A stretch of DNA of 64,000 nt from a virus, in the IMG/VR virus record IMGVR_UViG_3300033555_000001, positions 133,463 to 197,462 of that record; one strand, written 5' to 3'. A program made the translations under genes and the position numbers. The notes under the pieces are model-generated. The model saw only the letters and a list, made by a program, of their open reading frames with translations, was not told where the DNA came from and ran no database searches. Of this stretch, positions 19,501 to 29,924 are shown piece by piece. Position 1 is the first letter of the stretch, and each line of letters opens with the position of its first letter.

Positions 19501-22500
19501 CTGCATCCACATAGTTAAACAATTTAATCGGATTAAACTTAGGTGTAGCTGGGCCATAGCCGGTTACTGACACGGTTCCTGGTTGCAGCACATACAGTGT
19601 TCGATCATTTATAATCTGCGCACCACTTAAATCAACAAGCTCATCAGCCACAAATGGCAGAGTTACCTGCAATGGGTAAATTATTGCTGCACCCCGTGCG
19701 TCAAACTCTGTAAATTCGTGAATGTAAGTTCCAACAACTTGTGCCTCAAATGCTGTTTCACCATCAAGATCGTCAAGCGTAAACCACCGCCCTTCATCTC
19801 CTCGCAGGATAGTTTTAAAGCCAAAATTCTGCAAAGTGTTAGAGTCAAATTGGAACTTAGTAAACTGCTGCAGCGTATCGCTTACCAGTACTTTTAGCTC
19901 TGGGAATACGCGCGAGCGTGAATCACCATACTCGGCTACTTTGTAGGCCCAGTACTCGTCAATCTTAGCATCTTCAAATCTGTCATTATTAAGAAAGGCG
20001 TCAATGGAAGAGTTAGTTCCCTTCATTTGCACCAGTCCACGCCAGAAATTAAACTGCGTTCTCTCCGTGATGTCCAAGTCGTCCATGTATTTTTTAGGAG
20101 AAAAACCAAGCAGCGCCAGTGCGTGACGCGTTGAGGTTTCATCTTCAAACACATGATCTGCATCATAGTAATGCGCAATTTTATCCGTGCTGGCCTGCAA
20201 GTTTTGCTTGACCTCATCACCTACCAGATAGTGACCGCCAAACTCTGGACGCAGCGTTTGTGCTGCTTGGCGTCGGCCATTAAGCTTAATGGTGCTGATT
20301 CTGGCGCCACTAAACGGATCATAAATCAAACCCTCGTTTGTTGATGGCGAGGTTAGATTGTTGAACACAAACAAGTGCTCGTATTCATCAACCTGCGCGT
20401 GCACGCTGAACATTGGAATGCTGGATCCAATCTGCGATTTACCGCGCGACCTTAAAATGGTAAGATCAGTAGTGTTGATTTTTGCGCCAAGCGTGTCAAA
20501 TACACCAGGGTGACCGGTAATATCAAACAGCGAGCTGTCAAAAAACTTGCTTAACAGCCCAACATCTTGGTCTAGCCAAACGCGATCCATAAATGGATTA
20601 ATGACATGACCCTGACCAAGCTGGATGCCGGCATAGACGCGATCTACTAATTTTTCTACTTCGAGCTGCCAATTTCTAGTTCTGCCAGTTCCAGCATCAA
20701 TGTTAGAGCTGAGCCCATCACTAAATCTCCAGCCTTCTTTTTCGCGCAGCTGTGCATAACCAAACAGGAAATTTAACACGTTCTGCAAGCCAGTAATTGT
20801 AAGCGGAAGCTGTGTCACCACCGGTGTGGACAATTCTGTGGTTGGTTGGTACCACGGCAGAGCGGTGTGTTCTCCGTTAAGAGCCGTAAAGGAAACTCGG
20901 TCTCCTGCTGTGTCAAAGGCGCTGAACGATACCTCTAAAAATCTGGCGTTATAACCATCAACTCTAAAGACCCAATCACTGGCGTCTCCAGCTGGTACAA
21001 AGCCTGATACAGTTGCGGCGTTGCTGGATCCAATTTGAACCACTGAGACTCGCAGACCCTGCAGCCACAGGTCGCGTGCGTACGGCGACCGCTTAAACCG
21101 CAGTGCAAATGCGCTCTCTGGCAGGGATTCTACATCGTTAAAAACACGCAAATCATCAGTGCTGACTAGCCCACCTGCACGATAGCCAAGATTAACGTCC
21201 CAGCCACGGTAGGCCTGAATTGCATAGCCCTGCGTTGTATCAATTGAGCCTTCACGCAGTGCATGCGAAAACACCTGCCCAAAACCTAAGATTTGGTTGT
21301 GCGTTGCTGGCTCAAATATTACAACTGGCAGGCCAGCAGTAACGGTCACGCTGAACTTGTCGCCAATTCTAAATGGTTTGCCGCCATCATTAATTACTGC
21401 GTCTGCAATGCTGAATCCTTGGCCAGACACTGTGTTACCTGCTCCAACGCGCAGGTATCCAACTATTACGCCTTTAGCCGCGACGCTAAATGACTGCGCC
21501 CGATCAGCAGTATAACCGTCATGTGTAATACTAAATGTGGTTCCAGCGAGTCCAGTTACTGAGCTAAAGAGAAACTCAGGCGTGCGTGCAACAGCCGCTA
21601 TTGGATCGCCGTGCAGCTTAAATCGGCGATGACCAGGCACTGCCATATCAAAGCTGTCATACAGAATGCCATCTACTTCTACCCACTTAAATCCCCACAG
21701 GTGACCTAAAAATCCCATTGGGTCAGCTCTAAAGAGCGCACGAGCCAGCGAATATCTAAATTCAACTGACTTTGTCCACACTGTTTCAACAGGTGAACCC
21801 TCGCCAAATACATACGCGCGTGTTGGAGCAGGTGGCAGCGTGGTAGTAAGAGCGTTAGTACTGTACGCAAATCCTGAATTTACATAGGGTGGCAGCAGCA
21901 TATCACGGTTAGTGTCTACCGATAATTTTAATCCTGGCCGAGCAGCCTGAATGTCTGTCCACATTGTGCTCTTCCACGAGCGGGCTTGCGTGAATACCAC
22001 CGGGCTTGTATTTAAATTTGGTGCATCAGCGCGCAGTACCCACTCAGTTCCAGCAAATGATTCGCCATCCGTAATTTGAATTACTAATTTTTCTACAAGC
22101 GCGGTACCGGCTCTGGCCCAACCATGTGACGCCACTGTCCACAGCCCGTTGTTTGCTGGGGATGCTTCGCTTACTAACAACACGGTTTGTCCAGCAGAGA
22201 GTTGGCGGCCGTCAACTACCGGTAAACCGCTCAGTATAGTATTGGTTTGAACCGCGCTAAACAGCACAACACGCGCAGTTTGACCGGTAATATATCCGTT
22301 TGCTGGTGCGTCAATCATGTCAAGCGTGATTTCGGCAGCATAGCTAGAATCCCAGGCTGGTGGTTTGGTTTCAAAACCCAACAGTCTCCATGGATCCAGA
22401 TTTGGGCGAGCCGTTTTTAGGACGCCAGGAATAGTTTGTTGGTGCGCAGTAAGTGCGTTAAACCACCGGGCTGGCAAACCAGCAGAACTGTAGTTCCAAG

Positions 22501-25500
22501 TAAAAGCGTCAGTGTTTACATAGTCCGGTGCAGTTGGGTCATAGCCGTTTGCTGCTGCCCAGACTGCAAGTTCGCGTTGGAGCTGTGCGCGAAGTGGACC
22601 GGTGAGCGCAGTACTTATATCAGTTTCTGAAAAATAGTACCGTGCTTCACTGTTAATTCCATTAAACAGCCGCGTCTCAATCTCCATGATCACGCTGTTT
22701 AGCAGGCTAGCCGGATTAATTGATATAAACGCGCCGGTTAAATTAGGTTGCGCAATCCACAGTGCACCGTCCCACATTGAAAGAATATTAGAACCGCGGT
22801 TGTACCAGTAATCGCCGATTGCGGTTGCGACTGGTGAGGCACGCTCATCGCTGATTACGTTGAACACGCGCAGGTCGCTGCCGTTAAACCAAAGCTCGCC
22901 CTTAAATGGTTGCGCTGGCGGGGTCTCAGTAAATGAGCCAACGGCCGGAGTAAATGTACCGTCTGATCGCTTTACTAGAGTTCCTGGCAGGAGCAACCGA
23001 TCTCTGAACTCTGATGTAAACTGATAGAGCGGTGTGAGGTGGCCGTCATGGTTGCGCAACAGTGAAACACCAAGCTCGTTGTCAAAAATAACGGCGGGCT
23101 GAACCAGCGCACTTACGCCAAGCTGTGGCAGCGTTGCTGGAAATCCAATTACAGGTGATGTTGAATCATAGAGCACGGAGCGTACATCACCGTCTCTCAG
23201 CCGCTGGTTTAATAAAAAGTCCGTGAGCTCTGTTGCTGATGGATTAGCAGTATTTGCGCTCAGAAAATTTACAAACTCTTGGGTGAATAAATCAGCAATT
23301 GAATTTGTAGCCGTTTCGTACTGACGCTGTGCCAGGTCAACAACAGACACTGGGGTCAAGTCACGCTGCATAAGCAATGAAGCTAACAAGTTTTGCTGTT
23401 CTGACCACAGCTTAATTGCGCCGCCAAATGCACGGTTTTGTGCGGTACCCGGTAATTGGTTAGTCAGTATGCTGCGGAAGTGCGAGTACAGGGTGCCTTC
23501 AGGAATTTCAGCGCCGTTATCAGCAGCCACGTTCGCATAGAACATGCGCGGAACCTGCCACGCACCAATTCCTGCAACATCAGCCACTGGGCCGCCAAAA
23601 AAGTCAAATATGGCCTCGTCCTCATCTCGGTACACATATCTGGCACTTTCAAAGGCGCCTACACTAATTGTAAAGACATCACCTGGGGTGAACGGGGTGG
23701 ATCCTGCGGTGATGCTGACGTTAAGCTCGCCATTAGAATACGGCACGCCAACTGCTGCCGTACTAAATTCGGCTGGCAGTACTTTAAGCTTAGATCCCTC
23801 AACAGCAAAGGTAGTTCCCGTAAGTGCAGTAAGAGTCCAAATTTGCTGCTGCGCAAATGGATTGCCCGCCGTTACTACTAGGCTGCCAGTTCCATCGCCC
23901 GCAAATTGCTGCTCTATTACTGCAGCGGTGCCATAACCTGGGTGCCAGATGGTATGCAGTGCGGCGTCTGTTGTTCGGTAGAACAGGAGAGAATTATCGC
24001 CCTCCGCTAATCCATGCGCAAACAAAAAGTCAGCGCTTTGATTTGAAGCCTGTGCCAGCCTGCGCTGTAGAGCCGGATCAATTGCTGCAGTAGGATCTTC
24101 AGCGTAAAAGAATATTGCTGAAACTTTACCAGCGTGCGTGCCGTTGTAGCGGTACAGGTTAAACAGTGGTGCTTGATTAAATTCAGTTTTGCTCTGTCTG
24201 TACGTGGTGCCGGTGGCCGATGGCGCACCATCTTTAAATGTAGAGTTAAGTTCTACATTAGCTTCGTACTGGATAATTGGTCGCACGGCCTGAATGATTT
24301 TAGAGCGGTCTAGTCCAAGTCCGTCAAGCTCATCACGGTGATACCAAAAATTAGCCTCTTGCCAGTCGCTGGTATTGCTGGTAGTATCACCAGTAAGAAC
24401 CCACTGCTGATTGGCTTCCGAAATATAAGTCTTGCTGGCATGGGCGTCAAACACACGTGCACCTGCAACAGCCGTTTCTCCGCTGTAATCTCCGGCCCGC
24501 GTAAAAGTGCCAGGCTGCACAGTGTAAATCCCGTTTTCTGCTGAGGCACCCTGGTTTTTCACAAGTACGCGATCACCAGCTTTAACTACAACGCCGCCGA
24601 TTGTTTGATATGTGTCCAGCGAATCAATTGCGGTAATCTTGCCCTTTACTCCTGGGCCTACATTTGGTGTTACTGAGTGCACGCTAGAAATAAATGGAGC
24701 AGTAATGCTGAACTTATCGCCTGTAACAAATGATTCGTACGAGGTAAGAACGCCGCTCTCACTATAAATTGGGTCTCTTACAACCGTAAACTCAAGCAGT
24801 ACTTTACCGCCTGCCTGGTATTGCACATCAAGCGGGCCAGTTTCTGGCAGAGCGTATGACTGAACACGCTCAGCAGCCGAAATACCTGGGCCACTTGCAG
24901 TAATGGTAAAGTTTTGTGCGTCTAAGAAATCTATAACCCAAGTTTGCTGGTAAAATCCGGTGCCAGAGAGCACAATCTGGCCAGTGGTTGAGGTTACAAC
25001 ATTTAGTTTATCAGCACCAGAATTTTTTGGCGCTGCAATAACATAGTACTCTGGAGAAAGAGTTGGATTCCATGAGAGTGCTGGAGCGCTTGGCAGCCCT
25101 TGAGCAACCCAGTAGTAATTAAAGAAGTTAGTAAAGCGTTCCAGATCAATTGGCGGAGAATAGTTGTTGCTCTGCGAGTACAGCCATGTAGACTGATTCG
25201 CCGAAATACCAAGCACTTCAGCCTTGCGAATTAAATCTTGAACGGTAAAAGAGTGAACTTCGGTACCAACTTTAAACGACAGCACAGGAATAAGCGCGTT
25301 AATGTCGCGTTCAGTACTTTGCTGTGGGATCTTTGGAGTTCTGTCGTCTACTGAAGCTGGCTTGCGGCCAACATAACCGTACAGTGGAACAGCCTCGTCA
25401 CGCGTAAGAAATCTATTAAAAAGATTGTCTATGAGTGAAGTGAGCATAGGGTTCCTCAAATTCTGAGGAACAAGTGAAATAAGATCCTGGTGCGGAAGCG

Positions 25501-25516
25501 TGTAGTCTTTATTCAT
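16541..25516 (-). CDS. giant virion structural protein (2991 aa), putative baseplate/tail component
   Basis: Uninterrupted 9-kb frame downstream of the gp6-like gene. Carries two GDRVLV...NG(I/L)(Y/W)-type modules like the one in the fibre. Confidence 0.75.
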   Translation of the reverse strand: MNKDYTLPHQDLISLVPQNLRNPMLTSLIDNLFNRFLTRDEAVPLYGYVGRKPASVDDRTPKIPQQSTERDINALIPVLSFKVGTEVHSFTVQDLIRKAEVLGISANQSTWLYSQSNNYSPPIDLERFTNFFNYYWVAQGLPSAPALSWNPTLSPEYYVIAAPKNSGADKLNVVTSTTGQIVLSGTGFYQQTWVIDFLDAQNFTITASGPGISAAERVQSYALPETGPLDVQYQAGGKVLLEFTVVRDPIYSESGVLTSYESFVTGDKFSITAPFISSVHSVTPNVGPGVKGKITAIDSLDTYQTIGGVVVKAGDRVLVKNQGASAENGIYTVQPGTFTRAGDYSGETAVAGARVFDAHASKTYISEANQQWVLTGDTTSNTSDWQEANFWYHRDELDGLGLDRSKIIQAVRPIIQYEANVELNSTFKDGAPSATGTTYRQSKTEFNQAPLFNLYRYNGTHAGKVSAIFFYAEDPTAAIDPALQRRLAQASNQSADFLFAHGLAEGDNSLLFYRTTDAALHTIWHPGYGTAAVIEQQFAGDGTGSLVVTAGNPFAQQQIWTLTALTGTTFAVEGSKLKVLPAEFSTAAVGVPYSNGELNVSITAGSTPFTPGDVFTISVGAFESARYVYRDEDEAIFDFFGGPVADVAGIGAWQVPRMFYANVAADNGAEIPEGTLYSHFRSILTNQLPGTAQNRAFGGAIKLWSEQQNLLASLLMQRDLTPVSVVDLAQRQYETATNSIADLFTQEFVNFLSANTANPSATELTDFLLNQRLRDGDVRSVLYDSTSPVIGFPATLPQLGVSALVQPAVIFDNELGVSLLRNHDGHLTPLYQFTSEFRDRLLLPGTLVKRSDGTFTPAVGSFTETPPAQPFKGELWFNGSDLRVFNVISDERASPVATAIGDYWYNRGSNILSMWDGALWIAQPNLTGAFISINPASLLNSVIMEIETRLFNGINSEARYYFSETDISTALTGPLRAQLQRELAVWAAANGYDPTAPDYVNTDAFTWNYSSAGLPARWFNALTAHQQTIPGVLKTARPNLDPWRLLGFETKPPAWDSSYAAEITLDMIDAPANGYITGQTARVVLFSAVQTNTILSGLPVVDGRQLSAGQTVLLVSEASPANNGLWTVASHGWARAGTALVEKLVIQITDGESFAGTEWVLRADAPNLNTSPVVFTQARSWKSTMWTDIQAARPGLKLSVDTNRDMLLPPYVNSGFAYSTNALTTTLPPAPTRAYVFGEGSPVETVWTKSVEFRYSLARALFRADPMGFLGHLWGFKWVEVDGILYDSFDMAVPGHRRFKLHGDPIAAVARTPEFLFSSVTGLAGTTFSITHDGYTADRAQSFSVAAKGVIVGYLRVGAGNTVSGQGFSIADAVINDGGKPFRIGDKFSVTVTAGLPVVIFEPATHNQILGFGQVFSHALREGSIDTTQGYAIQAYRGWDVNLGYRAGGLVSTDDLRVFNDVESLPESAFALRFKRSPYARDLWLQGLRVSVVQIGSSNAATVSGFVPAGDASDWVFRVDGYNARFLEVSFSAFDTAGDRVSFTALNGEHTALPWYQPTTELSTPVVTQLPLTITGLQNVLNFLFGYAQLREKEGWRFSDGLSSNIDAGTGRTRNWQLEVEKLVDRVYAGIQLGQGHVINPFMDRVWLDQDVGLLSKFFDSSLFDITGHPGVFDTLGAKINTTDLTILRSRGKSQIGSSIPMFSVHAQVDEYEHLFVFNNLTSPSTNEGLIYDPFSGARISTIKLNGRRQAAQTLRPEFGGHYLVGDEVKQNLQASTDKIAHYYDADHVFEDETSTRHALALLGFSPKKYMDDLDITERTQFNFWRGLVQMKGTNSSIDAFLNNDRFEDAKIDEYWAYKVAEYGDSRSRVFPELKVLVSDTLQQFTKFQFDSNTLQNFGFKTILRGDEGRWFTLDDLDGETAFEAQVVGTYIHEFTEFDARGAAIIYPLQVTLPFVADELVDLSGAQIINDRTLYVLQPGTVSVTGYGPATPKFNPIKLFNYVDAELIEEIPQWHPLIGQHTPTALESINIISDIDPARYNVSTQVVGNSNFDPLRTWGTKELGRVWWDTTNLEYTPYSDDKIYGSIDERLSRWGTLADFSTVDVVEWIESRVPPTEYDALALVDSGNADLDVLTRADGQVYGAKTYSRTRIWQTRPVAWSHAGVAIQAAHPAFNGSFFSNLTLVEKEETLTAVLESSTFKILGISAGMRLGAWQQDDSHTRPLSEFLVLDGFSKFISLNNPDLDQPLGVVSIESVGNTDVVGELLFIKEPTQRVQERNDAGEPINMWTVSTYLRAVEVSSGKSTVQLVNSSRVTGVLAKPAVAATRGYQAINFGSTKTEASKTGLRLSTDPATVTVYSLVITLDGTALTVTFTGDEAQTFGELISVINSQFPGAPAKLDQNRIIIISGTSGADSTVSIGNSALFADLNDFDLLGTSIAGENLIPAVQETINDELQVFADQVLVVPLLEFGLSISVRVTENNVYGPEILVDTIVDALRSSVELLDAVQVLTLVPLSDPSGLVGDGLILSNDPTDPANVINNGVGWRAWSVPSQDELDADTKVPNNSWLPYPGAFVSVEPTIELIKLATNNAALSLNDGTSPGAYQTTWGAWAELESTVLRTTATTMGFAGLAVPAGTTKDLISVYVNGAAQLSGTFTLVGTALTVQSVAFGSEVVVIIRPYAPLQSELDFDPEVNDVLLIQSQYKIDYQYVAVPVRDSEGQITRTKYFFWVKNRSTQARRKKLSIRAVTQLLITGPSNYLTFQNFGGTGSASNPYSYDAITISGLSYVVTKDDTFKLRFTRNFTLRDDSQELDLKNTHVEWALIRPGQRTRIPEALWDKMVNTACGADAAGNILPSPRRASYDERNGTRTQFGFGSDQVLAPSELVKSTLLFTVLNTALVDDSGAFQMPDYMTFLDFSKSDSLFSSAENTRNTMSRIWNTAKPSQINELFFAVLNDICAAQYEMTDIFKTSRLSAYSIKVVRSAPIAPSYE

Positions 25517-26243
25517 TTATATACCTAAAATTTGGGTGATTCTTTCCAGCTATTCCATAACCTAATTCAGCAATTAACAATTTCTGGCTTTCATAAATTT
25601 TAATTCCGTCTATTGTACATCTGCGACATAGTGAGGCACTAACTTTTTTATAAATTTCTGCTTTAGTTTGTTCAGAAATATTGGCGTTAATTTTTTGTCT
25701 AGCCTTAGACATTTTAGCAGAAGTGATAGCTTTTTGCTCATCTGATCTAGACAACTGAAAATCTGTTTTAATTTCAGACAACTGCTTTATCCACTTTTCA
25801 CGGGAAGCGGGTGACATTTCTGCCATTGCCGTTTTTACTTTTTTAGAGTGACTTTCTTTTTTCCCAGGCTTTTGCCATTCTATTATTTGTAATTTACTCT
25901 TTGCGGCTTTTTGCTCCTCGGTCCACTCACCCCTGCCACCGCCGCCTGGCGCGCGGTTAAAGAGTGGGCCAGTTTTTAGATCAGCTCTGCCGATCAAATC
26001 TATAAGAAATATTTCTAACTCCTGCGCCTGGGATTTTGATTGAACTTCAATAATTTTAGGCGCCATCTGAAATCCTTCGACAGTTCTTTTGTCGATTAAT
26101 CTTCTTAGCCGTGTGCAATGAGTATGTTTAAGATGGTCAAAAGCTCTCCCTGTTCGCCCTTCGCCTATGTACACAGGCATTTGCGTTTTGGGATCATAAT
26201 AGATATACGTGCAGTGAGAAAGTTCCATGCGTACTTGAGCCAA
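25509..26243 (-). CDS. GIY-YIG-like free-standing homing endonuclease
   Basis: YIYYD...VYIGEG...RAFDH...ELE...LFN catalytic pattern, followed by a Lys/Ser-rich DNA-binding-like tail. The sequence is AT-rich. The start may be ATG 26228. Confidence 0.7.
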   Translation of the reverse strand: MAQVRMELSHCTYIYYDPKTQMPVYIGEGRTGRAFDHLKHTHCTRLRRLIDKRTVEGFQMAPKIIEVQSKSQAQELEIFLIDLIGRADLKTGPLFNRAPGGGGRGEWTEEQKAAKSKLQIIEWQKPGKKESHSKKVKTAMAEMSPASREKWIKQLSEIKTDFQLSRSDEQKAITSAKMSKARQKINANISEQTKAEIYKKVSASLCRRCTIDGIKIYESQKLLIAELGYGIAGKNHPNFRYINE

Positions 26244-26354
26244 GAGGTTACCAGTACGCTATTTAGACTCCGGGCAAAATGTCAAAAAACACAACCCGAT
26301 ACTACATGGCCATATCAGTACAGGCAAGAAGAACCTGTACTCCCTCTTTAAATC

Positions 26355-29300
26355 TCATCGCATTTGCCTGATAACCGTTGGAGTAAGAGCTTCAACAATT
26401 TCAATGTCGGCCAACTGCGCTGCTGATTGCAAGATTTCATCAAAGCCGCACTCAATAGTAAACATGTCGCCAAATGAGTTTGTGCTGTACAGTGGAACCA
26501 GGACGGCACTTGCTATTTCAGTTGGCAAGCGGGTGTGCATGAGCGACAACAGTTCGGTAACATAGAATGTTTCGCCAAAGTCCCAGTTCGGAATGTCAAA
26601 ATACGTGTTGATGACATTTAACAGCTCCTCTTTAACGCGCTCATTTGTCAGTGTGCTGCCCGGGGCGCGCACAACTTTAAACTTAGCACGGAATTGTGGC
26701 TCTGCAAGCGCACCAAACAAGAGCCGTAATTTACCGGAGTGCAGTACAACTGTGTCACTCAACATTTTGTTTTTCAACAAATAAGAATAAGAGTTTCGCA
26801 GATCGAGTGGCGTTGGCGGTGTGGGTGCTGAGAGTGATATTCCTCGCAAAAAGCTAATCACTGAATCATAGTACCCCTGCGTAATCACGTACGCATCATG
26901 AATGTTGGTTACGGATGGGTCAATGATATTTGTAAATGGCGCAAAGTGCTGCCACATAAAATCAAGTCCTCGACCATCGCTGTTCTTTGCTGTCTGGCGG
27001 CGGCCAAAATTGCCAGCAAAGAACGCGTCTGGCCCAGCAAGACTAAATGCCTGAATGGCCAGTGTTTTATCCGCAAGAGTAACGCCGGGATTATCAAGCC
27101 TAAAGTACTCATAGCTTTGCCCGTCTACAGCACCAGCAAAACTTTCAAACTGCAGCAGGCGATCAGGAATTAAATCACCGCTTGAATCTTCCTGCAGTAA
27201 ATCAGTTGGTACTACTTGTAGTTTGTGAAAGTCAACTACACCATTACTGTCTTTGACCGCACCAGCCACATCGTACACCTGAGAAGATGCCAGTACTTCA
27301 CCGCGATAGTCTTTATTTGATCGCAAAATCTTAATGCTGTCAAACACGCGCTTTTTAGTATCGCTGTCAAGTAACTGATCTGCCTCATTAAACCAGAATT
27401 TAGTGGTGCGAGATTGAACAGTAAGCGCCAGATCTCGGTGGTGAACTTCATAACCAATTACGTTATTAGTCGGTTGCTGCCGCAGTTTTTTAACAAAGAT
27501 TAACCAGCTGTGCTGCGCAGAACCGGCTGAGTCTTGAGCAAACAAGAATTCATCGCCGTCGTTAATGCCGCTCGCGTAGTAGGGTAACTGCGAGACTCCC
27601 AGAATTTCCCACCAGCCGTTTAGGTTAATTACCCGGGTCTCGTTAAACGCATCACCACCTCGCACAACGCTGGCAAGATCTACGCTCAAGTCATCTAAAT
27701 TTTGGAGTACAAATGCATCGCCCGGTTCAAACGCAATATTCCCAGCGCTTACTGTAAAAAACTCGGTGCCATCTGCGCTGAGCTCATACGGGTCACCAAC
27801 TGCGCCGGTCTTAAATGTGCCGCGCAGATTTGACCGAACATTAAGGGTAACACCGTCAGCACTGACTTCAATAGTAAACACCTCGGCGCTGAGTACTTCA
27901 CTTGGCCGGTTATGCACAGTAATTGTGCCACTACCAACACCGGACAGGGTGCGGTGGTAGCGCAGCGCGAAATAGTCTTGCTCTGCAATTGGCTGTAAGC
28001 CTGATCCAATATCGCCCGGTGGAAATTTATTAATTCCATCCACCGTGCGTGGCACTGCAGCAGCGTAGATCCGTGAATCGTCTTTTGGAAATAAATCTGG
28101 GTCTGGAATTCGCGCGAAGACTTGAGAGTTAGGGCCCTCAACAAATGCCAGCGGTTCACCATACCAGTGCCGGTCGATCAGCGCTTGCATGGCAGTTTTT
28201 TCTTTTAGTGAACCATCACCGGTTGAGCCAGCAATCAGCTTTACAAATGAGTTGCCGGAATAGTGCAGGCCCGCGCGGTTGTCTTCAATAAATGACCGGC
28301 GTGGCGGGCTGACAACGCCAGCTGTGGCTGGATCAGTTGCTGACAGGTGCAACATGGCGTTAATGACACCATTAGTGTTTAACAGCGGTTCAATAACCGA
28401 GTCTATCAGCGCCTGACCTGAAAGAGAAGTAGTCAAGGACGTGAGGCTCAAGTCGTACTGCATAACAAGATCGTCACCAAATATTTTTACGTTCTCATAA
28501 GTTCCGCTTGGATCATTCCAGTCAATGTGCTTTGGCTGACCAGCGAATGTACGATTTACCGCCTTAAGTCGCAGGATTGACGGGTCTTTTAGCGGAAAGG
28601 TATTGTAGTCCTGACCGTTAACCATGCGGTTTTGCGCGTAATACGTGGCTGGTGCGGACTGACGCACGTGCTCAATTGTCTCGGAGCCTGCGCCATTTTG
28701 CAGAGTGGTTGTGAGGCTAAAGGTGACTGTTGCGGTCTCGGTGTTACCGGTTGATGAGATGTAAGTAAAGGTGAGAGGCTCATTAACTACCTTGCTCTTT
28801 TGCACGACAAGCGCACGGTTAGCGCTCTGCCTCATCCAAAAACGGAACAGCCCCTGTGGAGCCTCTGCAAAATCTCCGTCTCCAAACACAATTGCAATTT
28901 GGTCGTTCTCAAGAGTGTCAACCTCGTACTTTGATCGAGTGCTGCGATCATCGTTAAAAATCAGGTTTTGCTCGTTAATTGTTTCAACCTGTTTCCAGCG
29001 CTGCTCAATACCGCCTTGACCATTAATCTTTTGTACCCACACGTCCGTGTGATTAACGTTGTCTGGTAAAAATTCTAGTCTGCGGTTAGGCTGCTTATCA
29101 AGAATAGAATAATCAATGCGAGTCAGTGTACCCTGTTTTACATAGGCCAAAAAGCCTGTGTAGTCTGAGCCATCACCAATACCGTCATTTGCGTAGATAA
29201 TTGACAGCGCTGAGGCCAAATCAGGCTCGCGTTCCAGCGGGCCGTTTTCGTCAATGTCGGCTGAGACAACTTCCATTGGAAAGCTGTCCAGCCCAGTTGA

Positions 29301-29897
29301 AGCAGAGAATGGATATACCCCATTAGTAAATGAATTTTGCGTGGAGTTCAGCGCGTACAAGTCCATTACTACGTCACCAACTTGAAACGTCTTTTGCGGC
29401 TGACCAAAGCGCGTAGTAAGCACACGGTTTGCTATCAGCAAAAACTGCTCTTTCCAGTTCGCGTTGTTTGGATCATTCCAGCCAACAACTAAACCAGCAA
29501 TGTCAGTACCACGCGAATCAAACGCGCGTTCGGTTGTACTGATGCTTGTGAACTTTACAAGTCCACGTACCGGAATATTTCGTGTTGCCTTATAGGAAAT
29601 AAGTTTTGCCAGGCGCAGGATAGACTGTTTACGTTGCGCGGTAGTAATAAAATTCTCATGCGAGACCATGTCAACACGGTACGCAAGTTGCTCGGCCACG
29701 TATGCAAAAATCTCAAGCATAGCAATAAGTTCGCTGGACTCAAGCAAATCGTTAAAGACTTCGCTGTAGTAAATGCGCAAGTAATCAACGAGCGACTGTT
29801 TGATCGTGTCAGCGTCGTACGATGTAAAGTTTACCTTGGTAAACCCCTCGTAAATTTTGTCCCAGCTTTCTGCACTATTACTATTTCTGAATGCCAT
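26355..29897 (-). CDS. baseplate wedge protein (T4 gp6-like)
   Basis: FTSYDADTIKQSL...YRVD...ENFITTAQRKQSILRLAKLISY and ETIEHVRQSAPATYYAQNRMVNGQDY: gp6/baseplate-J signature. Confidence 0.85.
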   Translation of the reverse strand: MAFRNSNSAESWDKIYEGFTKVNFTSYDADTIKQSLVDYLRIYYSEVFNDLLESSELIAMLEIFAYVAEQLAYRVDMVSHENFITTAQRKQSILRLAKLISYKATRNIPVRGLVKFTSISTTERAFDSRGTDIAGLVVGWNDPNNANWKEQFLLIANRVLTTRFGQPQKTFQVGDVVMDLYALNSTQNSFTNGVYPFSASTGLDSFPMEVVSADIDENGPLEREPDLASALSIIYANDGIGDGSDYTGFLAYVKQGTLTRIDYSILDKQPNRRLEFLPDNVNHTDVWVQKINGQGGIEQRWKQVETINEQNLIFNDDRSTRSKYEVDTLENDQIAIVFGDGDFAEAPQGLFRFWMRQSANRALVVQKSKVVNEPLTFTYISSTGNTETATVTFSLTTTLQNGAGSETIEHVRQSAPATYYAQNRMVNGQDYNTFPLKDPSILRLKAVNRTFAGQPKHIDWNDPSGTYENVKIFGDDLVMQYDLSLTSLTTSLSGQALIDSVIEPLLNTNGVINAMLHLSATDPATAGVVSPPRRSFIEDNRAGLHYSGNSFVKLIAGSTGDGSLKEKTAMQALIDRHWYGEPLAFVEGPNSQVFARIPDPDLFPKDDSRIYAAAVPRTVDGINKFPPGDIGSGLQPIAEQDYFALRYHRTLSGVGSGTITVHNRPSEVLSAEVFTIEVSADGVTLNVRSNLRGTFKTGAVGDPYELSADGTEFFTVSAGNIAFEPGDAFVLQNLDDLSVDLASVVRGGDAFNETRVINLNGWWEILGVSQLPYYASGINDGDEFLFAQDSAGSAQHSWLIFVKKLRQQPTNNVIGYEVHHRDLALTVQSRTTKFWFNEADQLLDSDTKKRVFDSIKILRSNKDYRGEVLASSQVYDVAGAVKDSNGVVDFHKLQVVPTDLLQEDSSGDLIPDRLLQFESFAGAVDGQSYEYFRLDNPGVTLADKTLAIQAFSLAGPDAFFAGNFGRRQTAKNSDGRGLDFMWQHFAPFTNIIDPSVTNIHDAYVITQGYYDSVISFLRGISLSAPTPPTPLDLRNSYSYLLKNKMLSDTVVLHSGKLRLLFGALAEPQFRAKFKVVRAPGSTLTNERVKEELLNVINTYFDIPNWDFGETFYVTELLSLMHTRLPTEIASAVLVPLYSTNSFGDMFTIECGFDEILQSAAQLADIEIVEALTPTVIRQMR

Positions 29898-29924
29898 ATA
29901 TGTCCTAAATCAAAGTACAGCTAT

